DNA of 63,847 nucleotides, filler included, from Octopus bimaculoides (lineage: Eukaryota): assembly GCF_001194135.2 (NCBI RefSeq). It is 7 parts of 6 records of this genome, joined end to end, with 100 filler letters (N's around TTAATTAATTAA, not from the genome) between each part and the next. Parts side by side here need not be neighbours in the genome. Positions count along the whole stretch, not along the records: positions 1 to 24,091 come from NC_068986.1; positions 24,192 to 29,916 come from NC_068989.1; 5 more parts are not named here. One strand, 5' to 3'. Positions 12,716 to 25,117 of this stretch are shown here, one piece after another. A program made the position numbers and the translations under genes. The notes beneath the pieces were generated by a model. The model saw nothing but the letters and a program-made list of their open reading frames with translations. It ran no database searches and was not told the DNA's origin. Each line of letters opens with the position of its first letter. The stretch's first letter is position 1.

Positions 12716-13620
12716 ATTTTATATATAATAAAGCTGAAGTTGTGTATCTGTGTGAAGCCTTTTTAAAAGTTTATAGAAATCCACATTTTCCACTTTTTGA
12801 TAAAAAATTTTACATCAATGGAATTTTCTCGAAAAATTTTTTAAATTCCATTTACTTTGTGTGATTTAAGGGAGATTTGGCTGTTGTTTCTAGCAACTTT
12901 TATATTTCTTCCCTTCTACCTGTACTGGCGTTCTTACACATCGATCACGCGCTCAACATATAATATAGAGAGTAAGAGTAAAAGAGGGAGAGAGAGAGAG
13001 AGAGAGAGAAAGTGGTACATACAAAGTCATAGATTAACTTTGTTTAAGTCTATACTTTCCTTCTTATCTACCTTTTCACTCTTCGTTCTTCTTCCTCTCT
13101 CCCATTTAATAGCTTTCTTCTATCCCTCTACCTCTAACATATTTTTCATAACATAGAAATGTAAAAACACACACAATCACACATACGTGATCTGTGACAA
13201 CAGCATACACATAAACACATACACACATCAACATTAAAGATATAAGATTTAATTTGTGTGTGTTTCTTATATAAACATGCGCATGCATTGCTATTTTATA
13301 ACTGTCTTCCTTTCTCCCTTCCTCTCTTTCTCTCTCTTCATTGCTCCCATTCTCTAGTCCTTTCTCCCCCTCTCTCTCTCTTCCTCTCTCCCTCTTCTCG
13401 CTCACTCTCTCAAATGCATACATGCACACATACACACAAGCATTCACTACAATATAACTCATGTTCGTCAATGTTTTGTAAATATACAAACTACAGAGTT
13501 TATGTAGACAGGACAACACATTGCAAAATCAGTGAACTTCATTAGAAATGTGGGTAATTTTTCAGATTAACACCCGCACGATTTTCACTAGGGTGTTAGG
13601 GTTATGGTTAGGGTTAGGGT

Positions 13621-13655
<35 letters not shown>

Positions 13656-14370
13656 GATTAGTGTTACGGTTACGGTTTTAGGGTCAGGGTTAGGGTTTTA
13701 GGGTTAGGGTTTAGAGTTAGGGTTTAGGGTTTAGGTTTAGGGTTTTAGGATTAGGGTTAGGTAATCGTGCGGGTGTTAATCTGAAAAATTACCGAAATGT
13801 GAAAACTACTGACCCTGCCATCTGTTATAACTTTTGTTGCTCTGTTTAATATATACATAGATTATGCCTCTAAAGAAGAGAGCTTGCTGGGGAAAGAAAG
13901 CAACTGGTTTAAAATGACAGCAACAGACTGCAGCAATTCACCACATTCCAGAAGCTACTTTGAACATAATGCAAAATGGTACATCAGCATCTACTGCCCA
14001 ATCTGATAGAACCCTGGCAGAACTGTGTAGCAACAGATCACCAGCAATTGCTTCATCAGAAATTGCCGTCCTAGCTCCTGCGAAAAGGGATTACCCTGCT
14101 ATGTATAATCAGGGCAGCGCAAAAAGTTGTTTTGCACAAGCATTTCTATAGCCAATTACACGGATGAAATTTACGTACACTTAATAATGTTACGCAAAAC
14201 AGCCTTCAGACTTTCCCTATTAATTTCATCGTCTTTTGAATAATGAACATATTTACATCATAAGGGTTTTTTGTTGTAAGGCTTTCTTTTTTAGTTGATT
14301 TTCACCTAGCAAGACTTATCGTAGATGGCGTAATGAGTCACACCCGGACAACGTCGGGTTATACTGCTAG
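12716..14370 (+). mobile_element. Helitron-type non-autonomous element (extent inferred)
   Basis: The 3' terminus is the hairpin CCCGGACAACGTCGGG, 8 nt, then CTAG|T at 14367-14371. The putative 5' end TTTTATATATAATAAAGCTGAAG is near 12716. The two ends may belong to different copies. Confidence 0.55.
13553..13793. mobile_element. MITE with perfect 31-bp TIRs, 8-bp TSD and an internal telomeric repeat array (Merlin-like)
   Basis: TIR GGTAATTTTTCAGATTAACACCCGCACGATT at 13553-13583 and its exact reverse complement at 13763-13793. TSD GAAATGTG at 13545-13552 and 13794-13801. The interior is TTAGGG/TTTAGGG variants. Confidence 0.92.
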
Positions 14371-14510
14371 TTCCTTTCTATAGGCTTAACGCATCAAAGA
14401 TTTCTTCCATTTTTCCTGAGTGCCAAACTAATACACTGTTTATCTTCCCTCACCTGTCTCTGTCTCTTGTTTTTTGTATCTTTTAAACCACATATACATA
14501 TATATATATA

Positions 14511-14578
<68 letters not shown>

Positions 14579-14738
14579 CATTCACACCTCTACATAGGGA
14601 AGGCCTATTACATTTCAAGATGGAAAACAAATAAATCCTTCTAGTGTCTTAATTGATATATATATAATCAAGATGATATCGCTCCTCATTATTGACAACA
14701 GAGTCCCATCTGTTTGGTAAGTTGCAAACTATAAAATG

Positions 14739-16405
14739 CTAGCAAAGATACCCGGCATTGCCCGTGTTACATACAATTGGAGAATTAGACTTCTCTGCTA
14801 TATTTTCACTAATGAACTGAAATACCTATGATTCGAATTTCATCAAAATTGCAGATAAGGGTTCTTTCCCTCTTTACACACACTAAAAAATTTTAATCAT
14901 GACACATGTATCCCATACTATTGATCTTTATGCACAGATTCCAAAATTCCAGTAGAACTTGTTAAAAGGATTTTGCACCAGAAATATGGAGGTAATGGAG
15001 CTCTGAAATGTGGGAGTTAAGGCCCCTATTGGGGGTGGGTGTCTTAATGTCAACTAGAGGAGTTGAATTGTTGAGAATCTTTTTAACTTGGGTCTTATAT
15101 ATATTGTTTGAATTTCTTTGAAATAGGAAATAGATGTATGTTCACTGGATTTGTAAAGGAGAGCAAAGCTACAGGAAACCAACAGATGGATGATCACAAT
15201 AAGCAGTTAGCTACCCTACACTAGTCGTTATTACTCCCCAATGTAGGATTCCTCACCATACAGGTGACAGGCACAGCTGTAAGATGTATTATGGATCTAT
15301 AGCAATTCAAAGGGCATGACCCAACTCAAACATTAACAACTGTGTGACGTGAGGGCTAAGGGGAATTGAAAGTGTCACCTCTGGAGTTTGCAAATGACCA
15401 CTATACCAACTGGACAGAATAAATTTACAATCTATAAGTGTCTTTCAATAACCAGTCACTCATCTGGGAAGGCCTTGAAATCAATGTTACCATCGGGGAA
15501 GTATGTGTGACCCAGTGATAATAAAATGACTCAAAGGAGGTCTGCAACCAAATAACTTTACTGAACATTTTGCAACTGAATCAGTGGAGGCAAAGATTCC
15601 TCTCATTTACTTGGCTATTTACGCACCACATTGCAGAAATCACAATCTAAGTATACCTCAAAGCAAACTCTTACACTGTTGTACCATTGAATTATAAATA
15701 ACGCTCATCTTTTATGCTCGGGTGACCCTACAGTTTCCATGAGTACAACTATATTCGTTTTTGCTTAGATAAAATGACTAAATTGTAGGTGTTAAGCCCC
15801 CATGATGCGGACTTTCTAACTTCCAAGAAGATGAAATTTTAGAAATATTACTTCATTTGTGTCTAATATCTATGGTTAAAATTTCATCAACAGCAAAAAT
15901 ATATGAATTTTCATGGAGGTTATGTCCCTTATGCATAGAATATAATTTCCAAATTTCATAAAGATCCATTCAGTACTTTTGACCTAGTTTTAGATCAATA
16001 AAAATGACTAAAATTTGGGAGTTAATGTCCCCATTAGTGGGTGTTAGAATCCTCATGAGAAGTAGAAAGTTTGACAATACTTCTTGATCTGTGTCAATTA
16101 CCCATGGTTGAAATTTCATCAACATGGAAAATTTATGAATTTTCATGGGGGTTCTTCTCCCTTTAAGCCATCTCAAATTCAAAGCGAACACTGCTTTATA
16201 CCCACCCTTATGCATTGAATGTAAGTTCCAAATATCATAAGGATCTATTCAGTAATTTTGGTCCATGAAATTGTATGAAACACAGTATTGCCCTTCTCCG
16301 TAGGCTTGGATTTTGTGTTTCAAATTTCATTAGGATCGGTGCAGTAGTTTTCGCATGTATAAGTAACACACGAACACAAATAAAGACATTGACTTTTATA
16401 TAATA
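14739..16405 (-). mobile_element. Helitron/HINE-type non-autonomous element with internal degenerate tandem repeats
   Basis: Minus-strand 5' end TATTATATAAAAGTCAATGTC..CCGATCCTAATGAAATTT. The 3' end is hairpin CGGGCAATGCCGG then CTAG at 14739-14742. AAATTTCAT..AAGATC motifs repeat through 15650-16330. Confidence 0.6.
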
Positions 16406-16445
16406 CATATGAATATGCACATATACATACATGTATGTGTGTGTG

Positions 16446-16504
<59 letters not shown>

Positions 16505-16544
16505 TACACACAAACACACACACAAAAAGATAGATTGATAGATA

Positions 16545-16915
16545 TAACTCAGTGGACAAACAAAAATGAGACACTGCCTAGTGTTTCTTTTTATTTTGAT
16601 AAGCCTGGTACTTACTCTATGAGTTTCTTCTTGTCAAACCAGTAAGTTATGGAGATGTAAAGAAACGAACAGCAGTTGTGAAGCAATGATGAGGGAGAAA
16701 CACAGAGACAAAGACACACATACACTTACATATATATATATATACATATATATACGATTGATTTCTTTCAGTTTCTGTCTACAAAATCCACTCACAAGGC
16801 TTTGGTTTGTCTGAGGCTATAGCAGAAGACACATGCCAAGTCACTACACAGTGGTACTGAACCCAGGACCATGTGTTTTGGAACCAAGTTTCTTACCACA
16901 CAGCCACACCTGCAC
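16545..16915 (-). mobile_element. SINE family A, diverged
   Basis: Reverse-complement match to 26920-27330. Confidence 0.8.
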
Positions 16916-17152
16916 CTATGAATATATGTATGTGTGTGCGTATGGGTGTATATATGTATGCATGTATGTATGTGTATATATATATGTACATATTACATGT
17001 ACATCTATATATATACGTCTACACATATACATCTATATCTATATATATACATCTATACATATACATCTTTGCATATTCATCTATACATATACATGTATAT
17101 ATATACATGTATATCTATATACATCTATATATATGTATTTGTGCAGATATAT

Positions 17153-17244
<92 letters not shown>

Positions 17245-18446
17245 ATATATTTATATATACATATTTATTTCGTCATTATATTCACTGCGGTGATATTCTG
17301 ACCATATCGCACGAGGAGTTTTTAGGCGGGCAATTCAAACTGGTTATGTGCATACGTGCATATATATGTATGTATACGTTCGGATATGTAAGTATATCAT
17401 ATGTTGTATATAGATATATTTGTATTTATGTGCTTTTCTGAGTGTATTCCACAGATGAAGGCAGAGCATTTCTTATGTAGAGCCAGAAATCCGGGATCTG
17501 GAATTATCCAGCAATTTTTTGCTAGTTCATTTTGTCTCTTCGTCTTCTCTCCTGGTGCTATATGAACATTTAATGTGGTTTTAGAGTCAAGTTTTGACAA
17601 CTATTTCCAGCGTGGTGGTATCTCTTACATACTCTAAATTATAATTATATATNNNNNNNNNNNNNNNNNNNNNNNNNNNNNNNNNNNNNNNNNNNNNNNN
17701 NNNNNNNNNNNNNNNNNNNNNNNNNNNNNNNNNNNNNNNNNNNNNNNNNNNNNNNNNNNNNNNNNNNNNNNNNNNNNNNNNNNNNNNNNNNNNNNNNNNN
17801 NNNNNNNNNNNNNNNNNNNNNNNNNNNNNNNNNNNNNNNNNNNNNNNNNNNNNNNNNNNNNNNNNNNNNNNNNNNNNNNNNNNNNNNNNNNNNNNNNNNN
17901 NNNNNNNNNNNNNNNNNNNNNNNNNNNNNNNNNNNNNNNNNNNNNNNNNNNNNNNNNNNNNNNNNNNNNNNNNNNNNNNNNNNNNNNNNNNNNNNNNNNN
18001 NNNNNNNNNNNNNNNNNNNNNNNNNNNNNNNNNNNNNNNNNNNNNNNNNNNNNNNNNNNNNNNNNNNNNNNNNNNNNNNNNNNNNNNNNNNNNNNNNNNN
18101 NNNNNNNNNNNNNNNNNNNNNNNNNNNNNNNNNNNNNNNNNNNNNNNNNNNNNNNNNNNNNNNNNNNNNNNNNNNNNNNNNNNNNNNNNNNNNNNNNNNN
18201 NNNNNNNNNNNNNNNNNNNNNNNNNNNNNNNNNNNNNNNNNNNNNNNNNNNNNNNNNNNNNNNNNNNNNNNNNNNNNNNNNNNNNNNNNNNNNNNNNNNN
18301 NNNNNNNNNNNNNNNNNNNNNNNNNNNNNNNNNNNNNNNNNNNNNNNNNNNNNNNNNNNNNNNNNNNNNNNNNNNNNNNNNNNNNNNNNNNNNNNNNTAT
18401 ATATATATATATATATATTTAAGTATATGAAATAATAGAAAATTAC

Positions 18447-18806
18447 CAAAGAAATGTCATTCCCAGTATGAAAGAGTGCTTCTGCAAAAATATCACCATC
18501 TTCTGTAGCTTGTATCATCTGTGCTTCTGCAAGGCTGTCATCATTGTTCTGGTTTTTCTGTTGTTGTATTGCATCTTTTGGTATATCATTTTGTCTGAAC
18601 CGCCCTTTCATTGCTCTGTTTTTTTCTTTAACTTCTCTGTCCACTTCTTTACTATCCTCATCATCTTTCTCATCATGTTTCTTTTCATCTTTGCTTGCAT
18701 CTTGCCATTCTCCATCACAGCTATTTATATTCTCACGTTGGTTCTGTACAGTAGCAGCAGCACATTCTGACTCTGTGTTATACTGGAGGCCTTCACATTG
18801 GATGTT
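18447..18806 (-). CDS. Candidate internal exon (360 bp, phase 0/0) of an unidentified host gene, acidic and low-complexity
   Basis: Acceptor ..CTAATTGTAG|AAC and donor TTG|GTAATT. Open frame NIQCEGLQYNTESECAAATVQNQRENINSCDGEWQDASKDEKKHDEKDDEDSKEVDREVKEKNRAMKGRFRQNDIPKDAIQQQKNQNNDDSLAEAQMIQATEDGDIFAEALFHTGNDISL. No TE motif recognised. Confidence 0.6.
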
Positions 18807-18974
18807 CTACAATTAGCAAGGACCAAAATAAAATGCCAAAATTAGGAAGTCATTAATTGCAAAAGTAATTTGTGCATACATATATATATCGTCGTCATCA
18901 TCATCATCATCAATTTTTGTATCCATTTCTTTTCATGCTGGTATGGGTTGGATGAATCTTCAGGTAGCAATCGG

Positions 18975-19185
18975 TAAGTAGGTAGGTAGGTGTATAGGTA
19001 GGTATGTAGGTAGGTATGTAGGTAGGTAGGTAGGTAGGTATGTAGGTAGGTAGGTAGGTAGGTAGGTATGTAGGTAGGTAGGTAGGTAGGTAGGTAGGTA
19101 GGTAGGTAGGTATGTAGGTAGCTAGGTAGGTAGCTAGCTAGGTAGGTAGGTAGGTAGGTAGGTAGGTAGATAGGTAGGTAGGTAA
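18975..19185. repeat. (TAGG)n microsatellite
   Basis: Visible directly. Confidence 0.95.
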
Positions 19186-19189
19186 AAAG

Positions 19190-19300
19190 ACCCAAGATTG
19201 GGTAGAAGAGAATGGCATTAAGAAGCTTTCATGGCCAAGCTCGTCACCAGATAAGAATCCTATTGAACACCTTTGGAGCATAACGGACAGGGCACTTCAT
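19190..19300 (+). mobile_element. Tc1 transposase fragment
   Basis: QDWVEENGIKKLSWPSSSPDKNPIEHLWS matches the WPxxSPDLNPIExLW motif. Confidence 0.8.
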
Positions 19301-21044
19301 AAAAATAGGTCAGGTTGCACAATTTTGAGGTAAATTTGGGCAATATTTCGATTTGCTTCTAATGTTTCACTTTCGTCTGATGTATCATGTGTCCGTAGAA
19401 TTCTACTCAGACAAACATTCATGAAAATGTACGCATAAACATTTAATTAAAAAAGCCATAACCAAAAAAATTCGTTAAAAGACATCTATTTCTCTATATG
19501 TTCTGAGGAAATACAGTCACTAACTCGCTCTCTCCCTCTCTCTTTCACACGCACACAGACATACAAAAACGATGTATGCATATGTATTTATGTACGTGTA
19601 TATAAAGATGTATGTGTGTGTGAGAGAGGGAGAGAGAGGGGAGAAAGAGAGAGCGAGTGAGTGCCACTTAGACATAAATGCAAAAAATACAAACATGACA
19701 ACACATCTTTACTCGCTCAGTCCCTCTCTCTTTAACACATGCATACATACACGCACACATCCATTTCATATACACGTACATATATCTTTCTCTTTCTCCT
19801 TTATTTCATTTTCTGCTCTCACTTCAAAGCAAATGTCGCCTTTTCACTTCCTCCTGTGTTTCAATTTCTGCCCTCTTTAAAGCATAAGAAATAAAACATT
19901 TTTGTGGAAATTAATGAAAAATCATATGATCCCATATGATCGAGTTGACAACTTTGCTGCTTCAAACGAAAGAATGCCATAATATAACTTCCTTAGTCAC
20001 ACACATACACACACACACTCTAGGTAAAACTTCTGTATGAATTATGTTATTTCTTGCTGTGTGCACACGCAAAATTACAGCTCAAATTTAATTGAAATCA
20101 CTATTCTGTAATTTGTGTTTGCGTATTTAAAGACCTGGTCTTCGATATAAACTTAAAAGTAAGTTTTCCGAGAAATCCTGTCCTTTACCTGTTGTTTCTA
20201 GCATGTCCAATGTGACATTTGCGCCCCCACCCCGCCCTTATTTTTTTCTTAAATTTCTTCCGATTCCTATGTTTTCGATACGTGAGATTACGATTTTGGC
20301 CAAGAAACGTTCTCAATATGTTAATTTTCTCTCNNNNNNNNNNNNNNNNNNNNNNNNNNNNNNNNNNNNNNNNNNNNNNNNNNNNNNNNNNNNNNNNNNN
20401 NNNNNNNNNNNNNNNNNNNNNNNNNNNNNNNNNNNNNNNNNNNNNNNNNNNNNNNNNNNNNNNNNNNNNNNNNNNNNNNNNNNNNNNNNNNNNNNNNNNN
20501 NNNNNNNNNNNNNNNNNNNNNNNNNNNNNNNNNNNNNNNNNNNNNNNNNNNNNNNNNNNNNNNNNNNNNNNNNNNNNNNNNNNNNNNNNNNNNNNNNNNN
20601 NNNNNNNNNNNNNNNNNNNNNNNNNNNNNNNNNNNNNNNNNNNNNNNNNNNNNNNNNNNNNNNNNNNNNNNNNNNNNNNNNNNNNNNNNNNNNNNNNNNN
20701 NNNNNNNNNNNNNNNNNNNNNNNNNNNNNNNNNNNNNNNNNNNNNNNNNNNNNNNNNNNNNNNNNNNNNNNNNNNNNNNNNNNNNNNNNNNNNNNNNNNN
20801 NNNNNNNNNNNNNNNNNNNNNNNNNNNNNNNNNNNNNNNNNNNNNNNNNNNNNNNNNNNNNNNNNNNNNNNNNNNNNNNNNNNNNNNNNNNNNNNNNNNN
20901 NNNNNNNNNNATGGCCGCAGTCAAATGACTGACACAAATAAAAGAGTAAAAGAGTATATACATATATATACATATCCATAAACGCAACATAGGTAATTTA
21001 AATTTTTTTAAGAATTATACTAGTGACTGTGATAATACTAAATA

Positions 21045-22200
21045 TGATAATGTTTGGTTCATAATCCCTTTTGGTAGGAATGTTAAATCTAACTTGATTG
21101 CACAGTTTAGAGAGGTGATAAGCAGATATTTCCCAAAGAATTCATACTATGGTAAAATTATTAATACACATACCATTAGATTTGGTTTTTCAAACACTAT
21201 GAACTTAGCCCAAATAATTGCAGCTCATAATTTTAAAATACTTAAATCAAAAGGAATAGGAGTGGATAGCGGTATGAACTCTGATATAAATGATAATAAT
21301 AATAATAATAATAACAATAATAATAGTAATAATCGGAATATGATTACAGTAACAGAGGTCAACCCCAGAAGATTGAAGTTTGAAGGCCCTAATACGAGAG
21401 TTAGAAATGTAGTTTATCAATGTAAGGTAAGGACTCAGACAGATGTTAGCCGATACTTGGGGTGTACTTCGGGACAAATCTGTAAAAGATTATCTAATCA
21501 TTATAGTACCTTTAGAGAGAGAAGTAAAATAGCAAGCACTAGTCTTAGTAAATTAATTTGGGAACTGAAAGAACAAAAAAGCAATATTCGTTAGAATGGT
21601 CGGTCATCGGGAGGTCTTTCCCGTACGACAAGGGTAGGAGATATTGTTCGTTATGTAATTTAGAACTATATTTCATATTATTCTCTTAGGGTAAGTTGAT
21701 AAATAAACTAACTAATAATGCTTTAAGATGTACACATTTTCCAAGACACACATTTCTCTGGTTTAAATAAATTGCAATATGACCGGGTATTATAGTACAT
21801 TATAGTATAATATTAGGTCTTAAGGCATGTCATATCAATGTATAATTTACCAATAACAGTTGTGTTTTTTTTTTTTGCAAAAGCTTCTAGAGATAATATA
21901 GTATAGATTTCCATTGTAATAGGGGATTGTTTATAATTTATTAATAACATTATTAATATCATTGATAATATTATGAGGGGTTGTCTCCCCTTAACGGACC
22001 TTTATTTAAGGAGGAATTTATTTAACGAGTTATTTAAGGAGAAATTTGAATATGGACTGGACTTAGAGACGATGTTTTGGTGTTTACCTTTTGTTCTTAA
22101 CCTTTTTTCCCCTGAAGATGTGTAAGGCAATTTATATGTTTGACTTGAATTTGACAGTTAAATATAGCCTTATACAGAAATGTTGACATAGGAATAAATT
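21045..22200 (+). mobile_element. 5'-truncated PLE: C-terminal GIY-YIG region, 3' UTR and hammerhead-bearing end
   Basis: NVWFIIPFGRNVKSNLIAQF..YFPKN..NVVYQCKV..RYLGCTSGQICKRLSNHYSTF..TSLSKLIWELK. Hammerhead motif at 22107-22194. Confidence 0.85.
22107..22194 (+). ncRNA. Hammerhead ribozyme motif, slightly degenerate
   Basis: TTCC-c-CTGAAGA-TGTGTAAGGC..GCCTTATACA-GAA-ATGT-TG-ACAT-A-GGAA. Stem II is 10 bp, stem III is a hairpin, and the triplet is AUA. Confidence 0.6.
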
Positions 22201-22253
22201 TCAATAATAATGGATATTAGCGTCAAAACTCTCTTTTAAATTTAAAATTTTGG

Positions 22254-22284
<31 letters not shown>

Positions 22285-23392
22285 TATTGGTGCATAAACA
22301 ATTGAAATCCANNNNNNNNNNNNNNNNNNNNNNNNNNNNNNNNNNNNNNNNNNNNNNNNNNNNNNNNNNNNNNNNNNNNNNNNNNNNNNNNNNNNNNNNN
22401 NNNNNNNNNNNNNNNNNNNNNNNNNNNNNNNNNNNNNNNNNNNNNNNNNNNNNNNNNNNNNNNNNNNNNNNNNNNNNNNNNNNNNNNNNNNNNNNNNNNN
22501 NNNNNNNNNNNNNNNNNNNNNNNNNNNNNNNNNNNNNNNNNNNNNNNNNNNNNNNNNNNNNNNNNNNNNNNNNNNNNNNNNNNNNNNNNNNNNNNNNNNN
22601 NNNNNNNNNNNNNNNNNNNNNNNNNNNNNNNNNNNNNNNNNNNNNNNNNNNNNNNNNNNNNNNNNNNNNNNNNNNNNNNNNNNNNNNNNNNNNNNNNNNN
22701 NNNNNNNNNNNNNNNNNNNNNNNNNNNNNNNNNNNNNNNNNNNNNNNNNNNNNNNNNNNNNNNNNNNNNNNNNNNNNNNNNNNNNNNNNNNNNNNNNNNN
22801 NNNNNNNNNNNNNNNNNNNNNNNNNNNNNNNNNNNNNNNNNNNNNNNNNNNNNNNNNNNNNNNNNNNNNNNNNNNNNNNNNNNNNNNNNNNNNNNNNNNN
22901 NNNNNNNNNNNNNNNNNNNNNNNNNNNNNNNNNNNNNNNNNNNNNNNNNNNNNNNNNNNNNNNNNNNNNNNNNNNNNNNNNNNNNNNNNNNNNNNNNNNN
23001 NNNNNNNNNNNNNNNNNNNNNNNNNNNNNNNNNNNNNNNNNNNNNNNNNNNNNNNNNNNNNNNNNNNNNNNNNNNNNNNNNNNNNNNNNNNNNNNNNNNN
23101 NNNNNNNNNNNNNNNNNNNNNNNNNNNNNNNNNNNNNNNNNNNNNNNNNNNNNNNNNNNNNNNNNNNNNNNNNNNNNNNNNNNNNNNNNNNNNNNNNNNN
23201 NNNNNNNNNNNNNNNNNNNNNNNNNNNNNNNNNNNNNNNNNNNNNNNNNNNNNNNNNNNNNNNNNNNNNCAGACCCTAAAGATACAGGTAGTACCGAGTA
23301 AGTGCTGTATACCGACTAGTTTTGCCCCAGATGTGGTTGTAACATGAATGGGGAATATAACATGGGTCGTGTATTAGCGTGTGTATATACAA

Positions 23393-23490
23393 AAAAGAAT
23401 GAGGTAAAGAGACCAATGGCATAAGTAAAATTATATTTTATATAAAATATAATTTTACTTATGCCATTGGTCTCTTTATCTCATTCTTTT
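23393..23490. repeat. 98-bp near-perfect spacer-less palindrome
   Basis: AAAAGAATGAGGTAAAGAGACCAATGGCATAAGTAAAATTATATTTTAT|ATAAAATATAATTTTACTTATGCCATTGGTCTCTTTATCTCATTCTTTT has one G.T mismatch. Confidence 0.92.
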
Positions 23491-23509
23491 ATATATATAT
23501 ATATATATA

Positions 23510-24091
23510 TCTTCCTACTTGACTTTCTCGTTGCTCACACGTGACCAACGGCTATCTTTCTTTCTTCCACTTCCTTCCTAAAGACAAGACGTGCTTTCCC
23601 CTGTCTCTTCTCAAAGCTAGTTTCTCCAGCGTTCACCACTTCACCTCGTTATGGCTTAAAAGCCCTTACCGTTTGTTTTTACTGCTTTGTTCTCACTGTC
23701 CTGTTTTTGTCACCACTTTAACCATCCGTAAATCCTCATTTTTTAAAATTTGCTTTGCAGGAACGACTGTTTTAACGAAGTCGCGACTTGTCTCTACGTC
23801 CGAAACGTGGAGTAGATAAAACGGGACAATTGATGAAGGAAATGTTCTTTATGTTGCCTGTCTCGTTTCCCTATTTGTTTTTTTCGTTGTTCGAAAGAAA
23901 AGTTCGTTTTCCATGTTTTTCGTTTTTATGTTCTCGTTTCTTATTTGGTCACGTTTTTTGACGTCCTGTACCCATATATGCACGTATATATACATATATG
24001 TACATACCTACGTCTGTATCTATACATACATGCATATATGGGTACAGGACATAAAAAAAAACGTTAATCACAATGAGAAACGAAAACATAA
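23510..24091. mobile_element. Pyrimidine-rich interspersed repeat (probably PLE terminal) ending in an inverted repeat
   Basis: TGATGAAGGAAATGTTCTTTATG..GTCCTGTACCCA is shared with 4200-4320. 23925-23985 is inverted at 24030-24091. Confidence 0.5.
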
Positions 24092-24135
24092 NNNNNNNNN
24101 NNNNNNNNNNNNNNNNNNNNNNNNNNNNNNNNNNN

Positions 24136-24147
24136 TTAATTAATTAA
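24136..24147. other. Assembly linker TTAATTAATTAA between 44-N blocks (also at 29961, 40811, 46280, 54440, 62770)
   Basis: An identical six-frame-stop 12-mer occurs six times, each flanked by the same length of N. Confidence 0.97.
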
Positions 24148-25117
24148 NNNNNNNNNNNNNNNNNNNNNNNNNNNNNNNNNNNNNNNNNNNNATTATTTTT
24201 TAATACAGACTTAACATTGCTAGCAGTCATTTCTGTTGCCTATGTCAGTCGGTGCCACCATAGAAAATTATGAGAATGATATTCGTCATCTTTTATAGCA
24301 CGTCTAATCTGGTACATGGAGCTTCATCAGAGTGAATACAAATACATAAAAGAAAAGAGAAGAGAAGAGGGAAGAGGAAGACCTCGTGATGAGGAAATAA
24401 AGCTTAATAAATTAGAATCATACCATTTTGTAGTGTAAAGCTTGAAGACGATGAGCAGTGGGATTGAAACCGAATTCGCGCGGTTGCGAAACGAACTTCT
24501 TAACCCTACATCCACACCTGGGCGTATTGACTGTATTTTCCCACCCTCTACGTATTCTCAAGAATTTCATAGTTGTTTCTGAAGTGAAGCATTTAGTAAT
24601 TTCCTCACAAGCAAAATCACTTCATTCTCTATTTTGAGTCCCACGCTTTCAGTCAATGCATTTTTTTATCTACTTCATTACCGACCTCTACTATTGCTCA
24701 GTCATGTCAGCTATTGGCGAGGTAGAGGTTTTATTTTTTCTTGTCAGTTTTAGTTCGCCATCATCCAAATGGTTCAATGTTTAATTATTAGTTATTTTGA
24801 GTCATTTTAATTATTAACTATTTTAATATTGCATGGAATTTTCCCAAACTACGATTATCTATTACCACTGCTTGTCTTTTTATCAATTTATTGGTTTTCA
24901 CGAAGGCGTAAACTGTGTTTAATTTTTTCGTCTTATAAGCGCAAAGTAACCGGACTCAGATTGAAGAAAATATGTTTTGCGTCACCCTTTCGTTGTATTC
25001 TAAAATCCTGTTTCTTGTTTTAACATAATACTAGTTTATGTTACACATATTTTTTAAAAATAAATTACCTTCAAACTTACCTTGAACTTTCCACGACGAT
25101 AGGTGAGAAGTTATTAC

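Noticed and set aside
13584-13762. True telomere or chromosome-fusion scar
   Set aside because: The array is short, degenerate, single-orientation, and enclosed by TIRs and a TSD.
17397-17600. Minus-strand ORF as the next exon after 18447
   Set aside because: The acceptor is weak (no pyrimidine tract) and the frame runs into a microsatellite-like repeat also found at 48345-48450.
18468-18816. Plus-strand hydrophobic ORFs resembling membrane proteins
   Set aside because: They are the antisense shadow of the purine-rich minus-strand exon.
24136-24147. TTAATTAATTAA as a regulatory or PacI-like motif
   Set aside because: It is always flanked by 44 N on both sides, so it is an assembly linker.
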